Shown: in pieces, positions 62,651-64,000 of the stretch
Numbering within the stretch: the stretch's first letter is position 1
Layout: the number at the start of each line of letters is the position of its first letter
NCBI GenBank assembly: GCA_964016885.1
Contig: OZ024744.1
Span: forward strand, 130,324,001 to 130,388,000
Direction of reading: 5' to 3'
Origin: Eledone cirrhosa
Lineage: Eukaryota
Length of the DNA: 64,000 bases
Made by a program: the position numbers and the translations under genes
Notes under the pieces: generated by a model
Seen by the model: only the letters and a program-made list of their open reading frames with translations
The model's database searches: none
What the model was told of the DNA's origin: nothing

Positions 62651-64000
62651 AGTCGGGGTTAAGTTAAGTTGGCGTTAAGTTAAGTTGGCGTTAAGTTAAG
62701 TTAGGCTTAACTTAAGTTGGGGTTCAGTTAAGTTGGGGGTAAGTTAAGTTGGGGTTAAGTTAAGTTAGGGTTAAGTTAAGTTGGGGTTGAGTTAAGTTGG
62801 GGTTAATTAAGTGGTGGTTATGTTAAGTTGGCGTTAAGTTAAGTTGGGGTTAATTTAAATTGAGGTTAAGTTAACTTTGTGGTTAAGTTAAGTTGGGGTT
62901 AAGTTAAGTTGGGGTAAAGTTGGGGTTGAGTTAAGTTGGGGTTGAGTGAAGTTGGGGTTAAGTTAAGTTGGGGTTAAGTTAAGTTGGGGTTAAGATAAGT
63001 CGGGGTTAAGTTAAGTTGTGGTTGAGTTAAGTTGGGGTTAATTTAAGTTGGGGCTAAGTTAATTTGTGGTTAAGTTAAGTTGTGGTTAAGTTAAGTTGGG
63101 GTTAAGTTAAGTTGGGGTTGAGTTAAGTTGGGGCTAAGTTAATTTGGGGTTAAGTTAAGTTGGGGTTAAGTTAAGTTGGGTTTAAGTTAAGTTGGGGTTA
63201 AATTAAGTTGGGGTTAAATTAAGTTGGGGTTAAGTTAAGTTGGGGGTAAGTTAAGTTGGGGGCAAGTTAAGTTGGGGTTAATTTAAGTTGGGGTTAAATT
63301 AAGTTGGGGTTACGTTAAGTTGGTGTTAAGTTAAGTTGGGGTTAATTTAAGTTGGGGTTAATTAAGTTGGGGTTAAGTTAAGTTGGGGTTAAGTTAAGTT
63401 GGGGTTAATTTAAGTTGGGGTTGAGTTAAGTTGGGGTTAAGTTAAGTTGGGGTTATATTAAGTTGGGGTTAAGTTAAGTTGGGGTTCAGTTAAGTTGGGG
63501 TTAAGTTAAGTTGGGGTTAAGTTAAGTTGAGGTTAAGTTAAGTTGGGGTTAAGTTAAGTTGGTGTTAAGTTAAGTTGGGGCTAAGTTAAGTTGGGGCTGA
63601 GTTAAGTTGGGGCTGAGTTAAGTTGGGGTTAAGTTAAGTTGGGGTTAAGTTAAGTCGGGGTTAAGTTAAGTCGGGGTTAAGTTAAGTTAGGGTTCAGTTA
63701 AGTTGGGGTTAAGTTAAGTTGGGGTTGAGTTAAGTTGGGGTTGAGTTAAATTGGGGTTGAGTTAAGTTGGGGTTGAGTTAAGTTGGTGTTGAGTTAAGTT
63801 GGGGTTAAGTTAAGTTGGGGTTAAGTTAAGTTGCAGTTAAGTTAAGTTGAGGTTAAGTTAAGGTGCGGTTAAGTTAAGTTGGGGTTAAGTTAAGTTGGGG
63901 CTAAGTTAAGTTGGGGCTAAGTTAAGTTGGGGCTAAGTTAAGTTGGGGTTAAGTTACGTTGGGGTTAAGTTAAGTCGGGGCTAAGTTAAGTTGGGGTTAA

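Larger units (their letters stand above)
52128..63240 (+). repeat. Tandem ~5.2-kb super-repeat (about two copies), each with 175/216/184-bp inversions
   Basis: Offsets of 5222 for inversions 55271/60493 and 57254/62476 and for GGGATT 55937/61159 and GGGGATT 56233/61455. Confidence 0.85.
1..64000 (+). repeat. Tandem satellite array, 16-bp monomer TTAAGTTAAGTTGGGG, roughly 4000 monomers, runs off both window ends
   Basis: The 16-bp periodicity is directly visible throughout. Frequent single-base variants (GGGGCT, TTGAG, TTAATT, TTCAG, GTCGGGG) and 11/15/17-bp length variants; no non-repeat sequence seen. Confidence 0.99.

Noticed and set aside
1-64000. Protein-coding ORFs on either strand
   Set aside because: Each monomer has two TTAA (TAA on both strands) and the 16-bp period cycles through all frames, so stops occur every few codons in all six frames.
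1-64000. CRISPR array or other repeat-spacer system
   Set aside because: No unique spacers; all sequence between repeats is the same monomer, and no cas genes are present.
1-64000. Active telomerase-synthesised terminal tract
   Set aside because: Ordered, inherited variants, kb-scale duplications and internal inversions are not expected of freshly templated repeats; no chromosome end is visible in the window.

Overview
The whole 64-kb window is one tandem satellite array built on a 16-bp monomer, consensus TTAAGTTAAGTTGGGG (TTAAG + TTAAG + TTGGGG). The + strand is G/T-rich and almost free of C. I see no genes, RNA genes, transposons, CRISPR arrays or unique sequence. The array has three levels of structure. 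(1) Point and length variants of the monomer recur in fixed order, forming higher-order repeats (HORs) of about 0.8-3 kb, with three longer gaps between inversions of 4.4-5.8 kb. (2) 29 short segments (159-216 bp) carry the monomer in reverse orientation. All share essentially the same two junctions: a spacer-less palindrome GGGGTT|AACCCC on the left and a quasi-palindrome CTTAAGCCCAAAGTCGGGGTTAAG on the right. They also share private variants, so they descend from one inversion that was later amplified. (3) The HORs are grouped into larger duplications of about 2.1, 3, 5.2, 6.5 and 7.2-7.5 kb. The architecture fits eukaryotic satellite DNA with a telomere-like motif (centromeric, pericentromeric or subtelomeric), but organism and location cannot be determined from this sequence. 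Coordinates were counted by eye; duplication boundaries are approximate.
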